From NCBI RefSeq assembly GCF_037013405.1, contig NZ_CP146064.1, forward strand, positions 660,001 through 692,000: DNA of 32,000 nt. Reading direction: 5' to 3'. The DNA comes from Candidatus Nanosynbacter sp. BB002 (GTDB lineage: Bacteria > Patescibacteriota > Saccharimonadia > Saccharimonadales > Saccharimonadaceae). The notes below the pieces were generated by a model, which ran no database searches, had not been told where the DNA came from, and saw only the letters and a list, made by a program, of their open reading frames with translations. The translations under genes and the position numbers were made by a program. Positions within the stretch are counted from its first letter, which is position 1; each line of letters starts with the position of its first letter. Positions 1 through 8,530 of this stretch are shown in pieces.

Positions 1-900
1 AATCGTCCGGCCATAATACCAGGCTGCCAAACTCAGGCCCGCCACCAGCCCAGCCCGCGACATGCTCGGGCTCAAGCCCGTCACCGCCATGAAACCAAGG
101 ATCATCGTTGCCGCACTGAGCATTGCCAAATATTTTGACCGTTTGGCAAATAACCGCCGTGCCAGTCGCACTAAAATCGTCAAATTATAACCGCTAGCCA
201 CCACGATGTGCGTCAGTCCAGCAATCTTCAAATTATCGCTCAGTTCCGTCGGCATGGCTCGCCGTAGCCCCAACAAAAATCCCAAACCCAACGCCGACTC
301 AGACTCTGGAATATGCTTGCGCACTCGCTCGGCAAACCAGTCGCGCACTCCGACCGCCACGTCGCCAGGAACTGGACGCTCAACGCTGCCAATTTTCGCC
401 CGATACATACTCGCCGAAAAAGCCCCAAATCCCGCCGTCAATTTTCCCTGTATCTGGACGATGTCACTGCGTTTAATGGAACGCTTGTCAGCCGTCACCA
501 CCCATAGTTGTCCTGCCAATCTCTCGCCATTGATCCGTAAATCACTCAGTCGCAATACCGTTTTCCCTTTCTTGTCGATGTCAGGATCTTCCAAAACACG
601 GCCCTGAATAACGGCGGTTTTGCCAATCAGCGAATCGTACGCCTCCAAGCCGGTTCGACCCAGCTCACCGCGCCACAAGCCCACCAAGCCACCAGCGATA
701 AGTGCCACAATCATCAACGCCCGCCATCGCCAGACCATCACCACAGCCATTAATCCTAACCCGAGCACCAAAGTCCGCCAGTCAAACACCGTTGACCGCG
801 GAACATGATGAATAGCAATGACGCCAACCGTCAACCCCAAACACCACGCCGCCACCAACCAAGAAATATGCAGTTCCCTGGTTAGATTGCGTATCGTCAT
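1..900 (-). CDS. comEC: ComEC/Rec2-family DNA-uptake channel protein, N-terminal 300 aa; the gene continues past the left edge
   Basis: This ORF is absent from the supplied track because it has no stop inside the window. My own reverse translation from the ATG at 898-900 stays open to position 1. It reads MTIRNLTRELHISWLVAAWCLGLTVGVIAIHH..., then VIQGRVLEDPDIDKKGKTVLRLSDLRINGERL..IVQIQGKL (OB-like segment), then ..AGLTHIVVASGYNLTILV..TGLSPSMSRAGLVAG. N-terminal TM helices, the OB-like segment and the competence-domain motifs fit ComEC. Confidence 0.75.
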   Translation of the reverse strand, partial: MTIRNLTRELHISWLVAAWCLGLTVGVIAIHHVPRSTVFDWRTLVLGLGLMAVVMVWRWRALMIVALIAGGLVGLWRGELGRTGLEAYDSLIGKTAVIQGRVLEDPDIDKKGKTVLRLSDLRINGERLAGQLWVVTADKRSIKRSDIVQIQGKLTAGFGAFSASMYRAKIGSVERPVPGDVAVGVRDWFAERVRKHIPESESALGLGFLLGLRRAMPTELSDNLKIAGLTHIVVASGYNLTILVRLARRLFAKRSKYLAMLSAATMILGFMAVTGLSPSMSRAGLVAGLSLAAWYYGRTI

Positions 901-938
901 ATGTCTTTAGTATGACACATATTCTTGAAACGCATATG

Positions 939-2426
939 TTAAAAAGAAGATGTTCTAACGTCAGGATATTCTCGGGAACATATTCTTTGGAATGTTTCAC
1001 ATAACTCATTCAGTCTATCGGCTGAAGGTAGTTGATCTCTCCCGATCCCCGGAACTATTTTAGGCAAGTCCAAGATAAATCGCACGGACTGAGACGCCGA
1101 CTCATCATATGGATCAATATCGTTTCTGGCTAAAATTTCACTCAATTCTCCCCAGAAGATTTTTTGCAGCCTACTCTCTCCTCCATATGTTTTAGTGAGT
1201 TCAGACTGGTTAATCCTCTTTCGTGAATCAATAACAATTTCCCGCAGTCTTTTAATACACTTACGAAAGTCCTCTTCATATTTACGGTCAAGGCTCCTGA
1301 TCTGCTGAGTAACTGTCTTCCGGGAGTCACTCCTTGATCGCGCATCGGGAGCCCCTTCTTGTAGCCCATTGCTCTCATGACCAATTACCTTTGACAGCAA
1401 TGCCTGGGCAGATGTCACTAGAGCTTTCTTTTTATCTAGTAGCGAATGTTTAGAGGGCTTGCTATCATACTGCTGCAGTAGCCTTTGTGACTCAGCTTCA
1501 TCCTGTAGGCATTTCATATCTTCAATTGCAGTATCACGCCAATACGTAAAAGATTTTATACTATCACCAGCACTTCTTTTTTCGTCATAACTAAAGTCAC
1601 CATTACCATCAAAATCATCCAATATTCGTTCAATTAGCGCCGGCAAGCCGGCAGACTGATAGTCCTGCCATTCTGTAAATCCATATTCTTCTAAAATTTG
1701 ATCAGCCCGGTGCCAAAAACGATCAGCTCGCTGCTGTTGATCGACCGGCATATCACCAATAAAGTAGATATTACCCGCTCCCTGACTATCCGCCAAACCA
1801 GTCTGCATATCACCACTAACATACGAGTCCGGTGCTAACAAATTAGGCCTAACGGCTCTCCTTCCCATACTCGAGAAACATTCACTCAGTCCTTTAATCT
1901 GTGCTCCAAACTCTTTTTTACGACGCTGGCGGTTATATGCAAAGCTCAAGCCACCGGTTGCTATTCCTGCCGCCACTCCAGATAAGCTAACCGTTGGAGC
2001 AAAGTTAAACCATTCTAGCGCCCCGCCAGCAGCACCCGCCAGTGTCGCTCCTCTAACTCCAGCTAAGCCCATATCAATGGATAATTTTCTCCTATATTCT
2101 TGCCCCAGGAGGTCATCAATCTTTGTTAGCACACTCCCGACACCCACTCGGTAACGAGACATGCCACTCCATATCGTCACCGGGTTTTGTCCCAGCTGGA
2201 TATATTGAGCATAGCCAACTGGCTCTTTGGTAGTTGGGTTGGTTACTTCTTGAGCGCCAGAAAAAATTGGGACACCACATCGCATCCCAACAAAATTCTT
2301 CAAATCATCACTGTGTTTTTCTACTATTTTGGTATATCGGGGCGGTACGTTTAAGTCGTCTAGATACTTCGTCATGTCCAAAGTTTTCTGCCGCACCCGA
2401 ATAATATCAACAAATATGTTCGTCAT
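939..2426 (-). CDS. Hypothetical 495-aa protein with a central glycine-zipper membrane hairpin and a long charged helical C-terminus
   Basis: A long ORF with no competing frame. Residues 119-164 (GLAGVRGATLAGAAGGALEW..SGVAAGIATGGLSFAY) form GxxxG-type glycine zippers followed by RQRRKK. The C-terminal half is rich in K/R/E/D/Q. I recognise no family. Sampled GC is clearly lower (about 37-47%) than the adjacent comEC (about 60%). Confidence 0.7.
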   Translation of the reverse strand: MTNIFVDIIRVRQKTLDMTKYLDDLNVPPRYTKIVEKHSDDLKNFVGMRCGVPIFSGAQEVTNPTTKEPVGYAQYIQLGQNPVTIWSGMSRYRVGVGSVLTKIDDLLGQEYRRKLSIDMGLAGVRGATLAGAAGGALEWFNFAPTVSLSGVAAGIATGGLSFAYNRQRRKKEFGAQIKGLSECFSSMGRRAVRPNLLAPDSYVSGDMQTGLADSQGAGNIYFIGDMPVDQQQRADRFWHRADQILEEYGFTEWQDYQSAGLPALIERILDDFDGNGDFSYDEKRSAGDSIKSFTYWRDTAIEDMKCLQDEAESQRLLQQYDSKPSKHSLLDKKKALVTSAQALLSKVIGHESNGLQEGAPDARSRSDSRKTVTQQIRSLDRKYEEDFRKCIKRLREIVIDSRKRINQSELTKTYGGESRLQKIFWGELSEILARNDIDPYDESASQSVRFILDLPKIVPGIGRDQLPSADRLNELCETFQRICSREYPDVRTSSF

Positions 2427-2427
2427 C

Positions 2428-2504
2428 TGGAGGGCCCACCGGGGCTTGAACCCGGGACACCCTGCTTAAAAGGCAGGTGCTCTAACCAACTGAGCTATGG
2501 GCCC
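2428..2504 (-). tRNA. tRNA-Lys (anticodon TTT), CCA encoded
   Basis: The reverse complement is GGGCCCATAGCTCAGTTGGTTAGAGCACCTGCCTTTTAAGCAGGGTGTCCCGGGTTCAAGCCCCGGTGGGCCCTCCA. It has a 7-bp acceptor stem, an anticodon stem CCTGC/GCAGG, the loop CTTTTAA (anticodon TTT) and a GGTTCAAGCC T-arm. Confidence 0.92.
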
Positions 2505-2548
2505 ATCAAGAATGAACTTTTTCATTCTAGCACATACCGCATGATATA

Positions 2549-3040
2549 TCAATGCTTCTTTGGACCAGGTTTGGACTTTGTTTTGACAGTGTGCAGTAAA
2601 AATAAATCCGCCAAACCCACCCCCAAGCCAGCGGTAATAATATATTGGCGCCAGGAAGTCAGCTGCCGCACTACTGTCTGTGCCGCACCATCAACCGCAA
2701 GATATTTCGCCAAGACACCGACCAATAGCGCCGCCACCAACAAAGTCACGACAGCTGCCGCCACCAGCTTTTCATGTTTCTTGTGGTATTTTGGGCCGCC
2801 AACCATCAACATTCCCATGGGTACGAGCAGCAATATTAGCGCCGCTACCACACCATCAGGCAGCCACGGTAGATTAATACCCACGCCACCCAAAATGACG
2901 CGCACAGCTTCCATCCACAATTCCACAAAAATATACCCAGCAGCCGCCGCCAGGGCCAGTGGACCGATGCGCCTACCTGTCACCAACACCGCCACAAAAA
3001 TGACTACTAGAACCGCTACGAGCAACACTGCTACATTCAT
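2549..3040 (-). CDS. Hypothetical integral membrane protein (163 aa, about 4 TM helices)
   Basis: The sequence is hydrophobic throughout (MNVAVLLVAVLVVIFVAVLV..., ..VVAALILLLVPMGMLMVGG.., ..AAAVVTLLVAALLVGVLA..). It overlaps the upstream gene by 4 nt, which suggests operon coupling. Confidence 0.7.
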   Translation of the reverse strand: MNVAVLLVAVLVVIFVAVLVTGRRIGPLALAAAAGYIFVELWMEAVRVILGGVGINLPWLPDGVVAALILLLVPMGMLMVGGPKYHKKHEKLVAAAVVTLLVAALLVGVLAKYLAVDGAAQTVVRQLTSWRQYIITAGLGVGLADLFLLHTVKTKSKPGPKKH

Positions 3041-3531
3041 TGCGTCGCCTCGGTCGTAAATTCTACTTTGGCGCCTTTGACGATGCTCGATTTTTTAGCT
3101 ACACCAGCAGCCACTTCCAAAACGTAGCGTGCCGGCACTTTGGGTTTGTATATTTCATACGGCTCAGCATCAGGCTGCACCTCATGCTCAATGTGTACTA
3201 CTTTTTTGTCTTTATCTAACCAGATGATATCGAGCGGAAAACTCATATTGCGCATCACCATTTCCCACTTGTCATCACCCTCAAATTTAAACAGCATCGC
3301 TTGGTTATCCGTCAAGCTCGTCCGATCACTCAGACCCTTATACCGCTGCTCAGCCGTTTCCGCAATTTCAGCCTGCAATGTCGCCTGACCAGCCCTGACC
3401 ACGACTGGGCGAGGTTTATTGACATCGCACAGCAGAGTATAGGCACCGTAAGCGATCATCACAATGATCATAATCATGATACATCGAGAAATGAAATGAT
3501 GCCCCTTACGAGCTGTCTGCATAAGCTCCAT
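3037..3531 (-). CDS. DUF192 (COG1430)-like protein with an N-terminal membrane anchor
   Basis: The motifs ..RYKGLSDRTSLTDNQAMLFKFEGDDKWEMVMRNMSFPLDIIWLDKDKKVVHIE...PARYVLEVAAG match the DUF192 pattern (GL..R..L....GMLF.F......FWMKNT.FPLDI.F.D....V......P....YVLE...G). Confidence 0.7.
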   Translation of the reverse strand: MELMQTARKGHHFISRCIMIMIIVMIAYGAYTLLCDVNKPRPVVVRAGQATLQAEIAETAEQRYKGLSDRTSLTDNQAMLFKFEGDDKWEMVMRNMSFPLDIIWLDKDKKVVHIEHEVQPDAEPYEIYKPKVPARYVLEVAAGVAKKSSIVKGAKVEFTTEATQ

Positions 3532-3576
3532 AGCTCAATTATAACACTTATGTTTTATATATAAACCACGGGCTAA

Positions 3577-4680
3577 TCAGGAAAACAAACCGCGCTTTTT
3601 GGAGGTGTTAAATTGTTCCAAAAGTTCACGTTGTTTTTTGCTCAATTTGGTTGGCGTGTCAACGATGATACCAACGATGTGCGGGCCACGAGCATCATTC
3701 CTCAGGTGTGGCACGCCATGCCCTGATAGCTTAAAATCAGTACCGCTTTGGGTGCCAGCCGGAACTTTCATGCGCACTACACCGTCCACCGTTTCAACAT
3801 CAATTTCCGTACCCAGCGCCGCATCAACCATAGAAACATGCTCTTCCGAAAGAATGATATCGCCTTCACGAGTAAACTTTTTGTGAGCTTTGACTCTGAT
3901 TTGAACGTACAAGTCTCCTCGCTCGCCATCTTGAATCGCTTCACCATGTCCACGCAAACGAATAGCCGCGCCATCATCAATACCTGCTGGAATTTTGACC
4001 GTAATCTCGCGGTTCTTACGCGTCGTTCCCTTGCCGTGGCAAACTGAACATTTCTTTTCAGGGATTTTACCTCGACCATTACAGGTTGGGCAGGTGATAG
4101 CTTGTTGAATTTGCCCAAAGATGGAATTCATCACCCGCATCTGCTGGCCAGACCCTTTACAATCATCACACGTCTTCAAACTATACCCAGGCTCAACACC
4201 CTCACCTTTACAGTGTTCACATTCATCATCCATCGTCAGGCTGATTTTTTTCTCAACGCCAAATACAGCTTCTTCAAAGGTCAAAGCAACCGTTGTTTCT
4301 ATGTCGCGACCGCGCCGTGGACCACCTTGCCGCCCAGCGCCACCACCAAAGAACTGACTAAAGATGTCGCCAAAGCCACCGCCAAAATCAAAGTTGACAC
4401 CTTCTGCACCAAAACCGCCAAAGCCTTCAAATGGATTGCCGCCAAAGCCACCGCCCGAAGCTCCGCCGACACCGGCATGGCCAAATTGGTCATATCGCTG
4501 TCGCTTTTGTTTGTCTTTCAGGACTTCATAGGCTTCATTGACCTCTTTGAACTTCTCTTCATCACCGCCTTCTTTGTCAGGATGATATTTCACTGCAGCT
4601 TTACGAAAAGCCTTCTTGATTTCATCTTCAGAAGCGGTTTTAGACACGCCTAACACTTCATAATAATCACGTTTGGTCAT
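3577..4680 (-). CDS. dnaJ: Molecular chaperone DnaJ (Hsp40)
   Basis: There is a J-domain with HPD ([12 protein letters not shown]...KYHPDKEGG), a G/F-rich linker and four CxxCxGxG zinc-finger repeats ([32 protein letters not shown]). I place the start at the 10th codon of the track ORF (ATG 4678-4680), because the extension runs into the CIRCE/promoter. Confidence 0.96.
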   Translation of the reverse strand: MTKRDYYEVLGVSKTASEDEIKKAFRKAAVKYHPDKEGGDEEKFKEVNEAYEVLKDKQKRQRYDQFGHAGVGGASGGGFGGNPFEGFGGFGAEGVNFDFGGGFGDIFSQFFGGGAGRQGGPRRGRDIETTVALTFEEAVFGVEKKISLTMDDECEHCKGEGVEPGYSLKTCDDCKGSGQQMRVMNSIFGQIQQAITCPTCNGRGKIPEKKCSVCHGKGTTRKNREITVKIPAGIDDGAAIRLRGHGEAIQDGERGDLYVQIRVKAHKKFTREGDIILSEEHVSMVDAALGTEIDVETVDGVVRMKVPAGTQSGTDFKLSGHGVPHLRNDARGPHIVGIIVDTPTKLSKKQRELLEQFNTSKKRGLFS

Positions 4681-4687
4681 ATATTCT

Positions 4688-4727
4688 ATTGTACGGTTCG
4701 TTAGCACTCATGTCAATAGAGTGCTAG
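4688..4727 (-). promoter_or_regulatory. CIRCE operator overlapping a sigma70-like promoter of dnaJ
   Basis: CIRCE is TTAGCACTC-N9-GAGTGCTAG at 4701-4727. On the minus strand, TTGACA (4711-4716, inside the CIRCE spacer), a 17-nt spacer and TACAAT (4688-4693) are followed by 7 nt and then the dnaJ ATG. Confidence 0.8.
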
Positions 4728-4832
4728 TTAGATAGCCAATTTACATAATCTTTTGACTTTTTTTATATTCTGTGATATACAGAGAAGCATAGGCTTTGTA
4801 AAAACATAAATACAAGTCGAAGCGAGGATACT

Positions 4833-5630
4833 ATGGTACAAACAACAGCAGTCTTAGAACGGCAAAATACCAACCTTAGCACAGCTCCATCGAGCTTTGA
4901 AGAGCTGGAGAAAAGGTTTTACTCGCTTGAAGAAGAAAAACAAATCGAAAGCCTGATGCCACTGGCTAAAAAACTGGCCGAAGATCCAGAGCTAGCTGAA
5001 CAGTTTGGTGTGTTCAAATGGCTAACTATAGGTGATTATGACCGTGAACAACGAAATGCCGGTAGACACCCTTGGCCAGAGCTAGAAATTAACGGTGAAA
5101 AACGCATCTTTTCGGTACCAGTCGTTGCTGGTATTGTCCGCTGGGAAGACCGTAATGGAGAGCCTCAGTATAGTGCCCTTTCGGTCATGAAAGACAACTG
5201 GCGCGGCGACCCTGATGCCTGGCTGGTCACAAAATTTGGCTTTAAAAAAGGACAAACCGAACGGCTTGAAACGCTCGGCACCACGGTTGATGCCGCCAAT
5301 CAAGGCACCATTGTCCTTAAACCGCGGAATTATCACAACATGCCGCCATTAAGCCGTCCATCAATTGACAAAACGCCAATGTATCAGCTGGAAAGAATTG
5401 CCGTTAAACTTGATCCGACCTACCATTCAGTGCACGCAGAATACCATGAGCCATATCAAGACCGGCGGGAAGTTATGGATATTGAACTGCTCTGGGAGGC
5501 GATGTCGCGTGAGATTGGTGAACGAGTTGATGACCTATTCCCAGAGTCTGATGATATGGAGACCGCTCCATCAACGGGCGCTCCCAAAAAACTTGCTGCC
5601 TACACACTCCAGCAGGTTATGAAAAAATAA
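4833..5630 (+). CDS. Hypothetical protein (265 aa)
   Basis: A long ORF with a GAGGA Shine-Dalgarno-like element about 6 nt upstream and a possible TTGACT-17-TATACA promoter at 4753-4781. I recognise no family. It is acidic and soluble-looking. Confidence 0.6.
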   Translation: MVQTTAVLERQNTNLSTAPSSFEELEKRFYSLEEEKQIESLMPLAKKLAEDPELAEQFGVFKWLTIGDYDREQRNAGRHPWPELEINGEKRIFSVPVVAGIVRWEDRNGEPQYSALSVMKDNWRGDPDAWLVTKFGFKKGQTERLETLGTTVDAANQGTIVLKPRNYHNMPPLSRPSIDKTPMYQLERIAVKLDPTYHSVHAEYHEPYQDRREVMDIELLWEAMSREIGERVDDLFPESDDMETAPSTGAPKKLAAYTLQQVMKK

Positions 5631-5645
5631 TTCAGCAGAATTTCA

Positions 5646-6386
5646 TCAAATTCGTGATTTGGCTGCGCACAGTGCCGCGTGCAATTCACGAGCATCACTA
5701 TACCGGCCCTCCCACGGTCCAGTAGCGATTGTCATTATTTCTTGTATATCTTTTTGCTGAGACAGCGCAGGTTTGATACGGTATTCTGGGAAATCACTAC
5801 CTGATTCCCAAATCAAATCATGTGTTAGCTCATGAAACACCATACCGATGGCATACACATCAAATCGGTAATCAATGAACAAGCCTGACTTGGCAATCTC
5901 TGGTGCATGTTCCCTGTTCCAGCTTGAATGCGGTCTAGTCTGTATATACGGAGATCTAACCTGGTTATAATCAAATAGCGTCAGTATTGGCCGGCTCTCA
6001 GTCTCATCGTAGAAGATGTTCGTTGGTCGGATATCATGGTGCACCAATCCTCGTTCGTGGAGGTATCCGGCAGCTTCTGTCACCTGTACCATCATATTGA
6101 GCACTGTCCTGGCGACAATCTCACCATCATTAATCTTTTGTTGTACAATATGTTTCTGCTTATCTAACGTAGCGCCCATGAGCGGGTATACTTCGTGGAG
6201 CGGCTCTCCCTGTGCTGCCCGAATAGCCAGCGGTGCCAGGAGATGATTTGGCTGGTCGTTCATCAATTGTTGCATCAGTTCGACCTGGGGGCTAGCTGCG
6301 CATGCCAGTATATGTCTGCCTACCTTATGAACTCTCCCTTGCTCATCAACTGTAAAACACGAAGAATATGTATCAAACTGGCTCAT
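5646..6386 (-). CDS. Atypical or degenerate Hanks-type Ser/Thr protein kinase-like protein (246 aa)
   Basis: It has a catalytic-loop-like LVHHDIRPTNIFY (HRDxKxxN to HHDxRxxN), an APE motif (REHAPEIAKSG) and a subdomain IX-like DVYAIGMVFHELT. DFG is replaced by DYN (LFDYNQV), and no GxGxxG glycine loop is present in the short N-lobe. Confidence 0.65.
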   Translation of the reverse strand: MSQFDTYSSCFTVDEQGRVHKVGRHILACAASPQVELMQQLMNDQPNHLLAPLAIRAAQGEPLHEVYPLMGATLDKQKHIVQQKINDGEIVARTVLNMMVQVTEAAGYLHERGLVHHDIRPTNIFYDETESRPILTLFDYNQVRSPYIQTRPHSSWNREHAPEIAKSGLFIDYRFDVYAIGMVFHELTHDLIWESGSDFPEYRIKPALSQQKDIQEIMTIATGPWEGRYSDARELHAALCAAKSRI

Positions 6387-6444
6387 AATTACTTATATAA
6401 CAATTCGCTGGCAGCGGCGCAAGCATAAGCCTGGTCCAGACAAT

Positions 6445-6470
6445 ACAAAACTACCCCTTGAGAGGGGTAG
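6445..6470 (-). terminator. Rho-independent terminator downstream of dnaK
   Basis: A perfect 8-bp hairpin CTACCCCT-tgag-AGGGGTAG lies at 6451-6470. It is followed on the minus strand by TTTTG and sits 26 nt after the dnaK stop. Confidence 0.75.
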
Positions 6471-6495
6471 TTTATGTCACGAGTCGATGCCGAGA

Positions 6496-8388
6496 TTATT
6501 TCTCGTCGACCACCTCGCCTTCGACTGGCTCGTCTTTGTCGGATTTTTTATCACCCGTAGATTCATCAGCCTTGTTATCCTCAGCAGCTTGCTGGTACAT
6601 TTTGGCACCGATTGGCATGATGGCGTCCTGCAGTGCTTTAGCTGCCGCTTCCAGCTCATCTTTATCATCAGCGTCTTTATGCTTTTCCGCTTCCTTAACC
6701 GCTTCGTCAATTGCCTTCTTGTCGTCCTCAGAAATCTTATCTTTGAACTCATCCGGCATTTTCTTTGCCTGGTAGATGGCGTTTTCTAGCTGGTTTTTAG
6801 CGTCAACGGTTTCGCGCTTTTTCTTGTCCTCATCAGCGTGCAGTTCGGCTTCCTTCTGGGCTTTTTCGATATCTTCCTTACTCATGTTGCCAGAGTTTTG
6901 GATGGTAATTGATTGCTCCTTGCCGGTACCTTTGTCTTTAGCAGTAACATTGAGGATACCGTTGGCGTCGATATTGAAGGTCACTTCAATCTGCGGCACA
7001 CCGCGTGGTGCTGGCGCAATACCATCGAGCTCAAAATGCCCCAGGCTCTTGTTATCTTTAGCAAATTCGCGCTCACCCTGCAAGACATGGATTTCTACTT
7101 TTGGCTGATTGTCAGCGGCCGTCGAGAATACTTCACTCTTGCTGGTCGGCACGGTGGTATTACGCTCGATCAGCTTGGTCGACACACCGCCCATCGTCTC
7201 GATACCAAGGCTGAGCGGCGTCACGTCCAGCAGCAACACATCCTTGACATCGCCAGCCAGCACACCACCCTGAATGGCTGCACCAACTGCCACCACTTCG
7301 TCTGGGTTAACGCCTTGCATTGGATCTTTGCCGAATAGCTTCTTCACTCGCTCAACCACCGCTGGCATACGGGTCATACCACCAACCATAACGATTTCAT
7401 TGACGTCAGATTTTGATAATTTAGCGTCTTTGAGTGCTTTTTCAACTGGCACGTCAAGGCGATCCAACAAATCTTTCACCAAATCTTCCAACTTGGCCCG
7501 TGTCAGACTCAGTTCAAAGTGCTTTGGTCCATCAGCATCAGCGGTGATGAACGGAATATTGACTTCGTATTCAGTAACTGTCGACAGCTCCTTTTTGGCC
7601 TTTTCGGCTTCGTCCTTTAGACGCTGCATGGCCGCATTGTCTTTGCGTAGGTCGATGCCTTCTTTAGACTTGAAGTCATCCAAGAAGTAGTTAACGATGA
7701 CGTTATCGAAGTCCTCACCACCGAGGTGGGTGTCACCATTAGTGGCTTTCACCTCAAACACGCCGTCGCCGAGTTCCAGAATGGAAACGTCAAACGTACC
7801 ACCACCAAGGTCGAACACCACGATGGTTTCGTCATTTTTACCTTTTTCCAGGCCGTACGCCAAAGCTGCCGCCGTTGGCTCATTGATGATGCGCTTGACT
7901 TCCAGACCGGCAATTTTACCAGCATCTTTGGTAGCTTGGCGCTGCGAATCATCAAAGTAAGCTGGCACGGTGATAACCGCTTCAGTAACTTTTTCACCCA
8001 AGAATGCCTCAGCATCAGCCTTGATCTTGCTAAGGATCATAGCTGAAACTTCTTCTGGTGTGTATTCTTTGTCGCCCATCTCTACTGCTACACCGGTACC
8101 TTTTTTAACAATCTGGTATGGCATGATATCGAGGTCTTTTTGGACTTCCTTGTCAGTAAACTTACGGCCGATCAAACGCTTGACACCGTAAATAGTGTTC
8201 TTTGGATTGGTTACACGCTGACGCTGAGCCACTTGTCCAACCAAGCGCTCACCCTTTTTATTAATTGCCACCACTGATGGCGTGGTACGGTTACCTTCAG
8301 CATTAGCGATAACTTCTGGCTTGCCTGCCAGCATGTACGCAAAGGCACTGTTAGTTGTACCGAGGTCAATTCCGATAATTTTACCCAT
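6496..8388 (-). CDS. dnaK: Molecular chaperone DnaK (Hsp70)
   Basis: Hsp70 signatures are present: [35 protein letters not shown] place the start at the MGKIIG codon (ATG 8386-8388), which is preceded by AAGGGGA. The 9 upstream codons in the track ORF are probably not translated. Confidence 0.98.
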   Translation of the reverse strand: MGKIIGIDLGTTNSAFAYMLAGKPEVIANAEGNRTTPSVVAINKKGERLVGQVAQRQRVTNPKNTIYGVKRLIGRKFTDKEVQKDLDIMPYQIVKKGTGVAVEMGDKEYTPEEVSAMILSKIKADAEAFLGEKVTEAVITVPAYFDDSQRQATKDAGKIAGLEVKRIINEPTAAALAYGLEKGKNDETIVVFDLGGGTFDVSILELGDGVFEVKATNGDTHLGGEDFDNVIVNYFLDDFKSKEGIDLRKDNAAMQRLKDEAEKAKKELSTVTEYEVNIPFITADADGPKHFELSLTRAKLEDLVKDLLDRLDVPVEKALKDAKLSKSDVNEIVMVGGMTRMPAVVERVKKLFGKDPMQGVNPDEVVAVGAAIQGGVLAGDVKDVLLLDVTPLSLGIETMGGVSTKLIERNTTVPTSKSEVFSTAADNQPKVEIHVLQGEREFAKDNKSLGHFELDGIAPAPRGVPQIEVTFNIDANGILNVTAKDKGTGKEQSITIQNSGNMSKEDIEKAQKEAELHADEDKKKRETVDAKNQLENAIYQAKKMPDEFKDKISEDDKKAIDEAVKEAEKHKDADDKDELEAAAKALQDAIMPIGAKMYQQAAEDNKADESTGDKKSDKDEPVEGEVVDEK

Positions 8389-8438
8389 ATGATTCCCCTT
8401 TCTTATTATGATCACATCTGGTTTTTCTTATATTCATT

Positions 8439-8465
8439 TTAGCACTCTTTTATGTCGAGTGCCAA
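8439..8465 (-). promoter_or_regulatory. CIRCE operator, proximal copy, in the dnaK leader
   Basis: TTAGCACTC-ttttatgtc-GAGTGCCAA. One half-site is perfect and the other has 1 mismatch, with a 9-nt spacer. It lies between the predicted -10 element and the dnaK start. Confidence 0.8.
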
Positions 8466-8472
8466 CTATTTC

Positions 8473-8510
8473 AGTATAAATAATTAGCACTCGCGTGTCA
8501 AGAGTGCTAA
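8473..8510 (-). promoter_or_regulatory. CIRCE operator, distal perfect copy, overlapping the dnaK sigma70-like promoter
   Basis: A perfect TTAGCACTC-N9-GAGTGCTAA lies at 8484-8510. On the minus strand the spacer contains TTGACA (8496-8501), followed by 17 nt and then TATACT (8473-8478). Confidence 0.82.
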
Positions 8511-8530
8511 TTATTTATTTAGTGTCTTTA

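Noticed and set aside
206-607. Plus-strand ORFs of 133 aa and 64 aa, and a minus-strand 62-aa ORF, lying within positions 1-900.
   Set aside because: They are Ser/Pro/Arg-rich shadow frames within the GC-rich comEC coding sequence. The true minus-strand frame is open over all 900 nt and carries ComEC motifs.
939-2504. A prophage or integrative island at tRNA-Lys.
   Set aside because: There is no integrase or recombinase, no phage genes, and I could find no direct repeat of the tRNA 3' end near 900-1010. Only a single compositionally odd gene is present, so it is reported as an orphan accessory gene instead.
2541-4653. Long antisense ORFs opposite the membrane-protein, DUF192 and dnaJ genes (172, 82, 87, 95, 99, 113, 183, 78 and 64 aa). 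Similar ones lie opposite dnaK, ftsH, murJ, hrcA and the surface-protein genes.
   Set aside because: They have low-complexity composition and no motifs. Each is fully nested in a gene with strong family signatures on the other strand or in another frame.
8389-8415. N-terminal extensions in the track ORFs: dnaK (MIIIRKGNH), and likewise dnaJ (4681-4707), hrcA (13157-13183), the 227-aa membrane protein (30159-30194), the murC-like gene (30195-30230) and mazG (31835-31849).
   Set aside because: In each case the conserved family N-terminus begins at an internal ATG that has its own Shine-Dalgarno sequence or closely spaced -10 element. The extension would overlap an operator or promoter.
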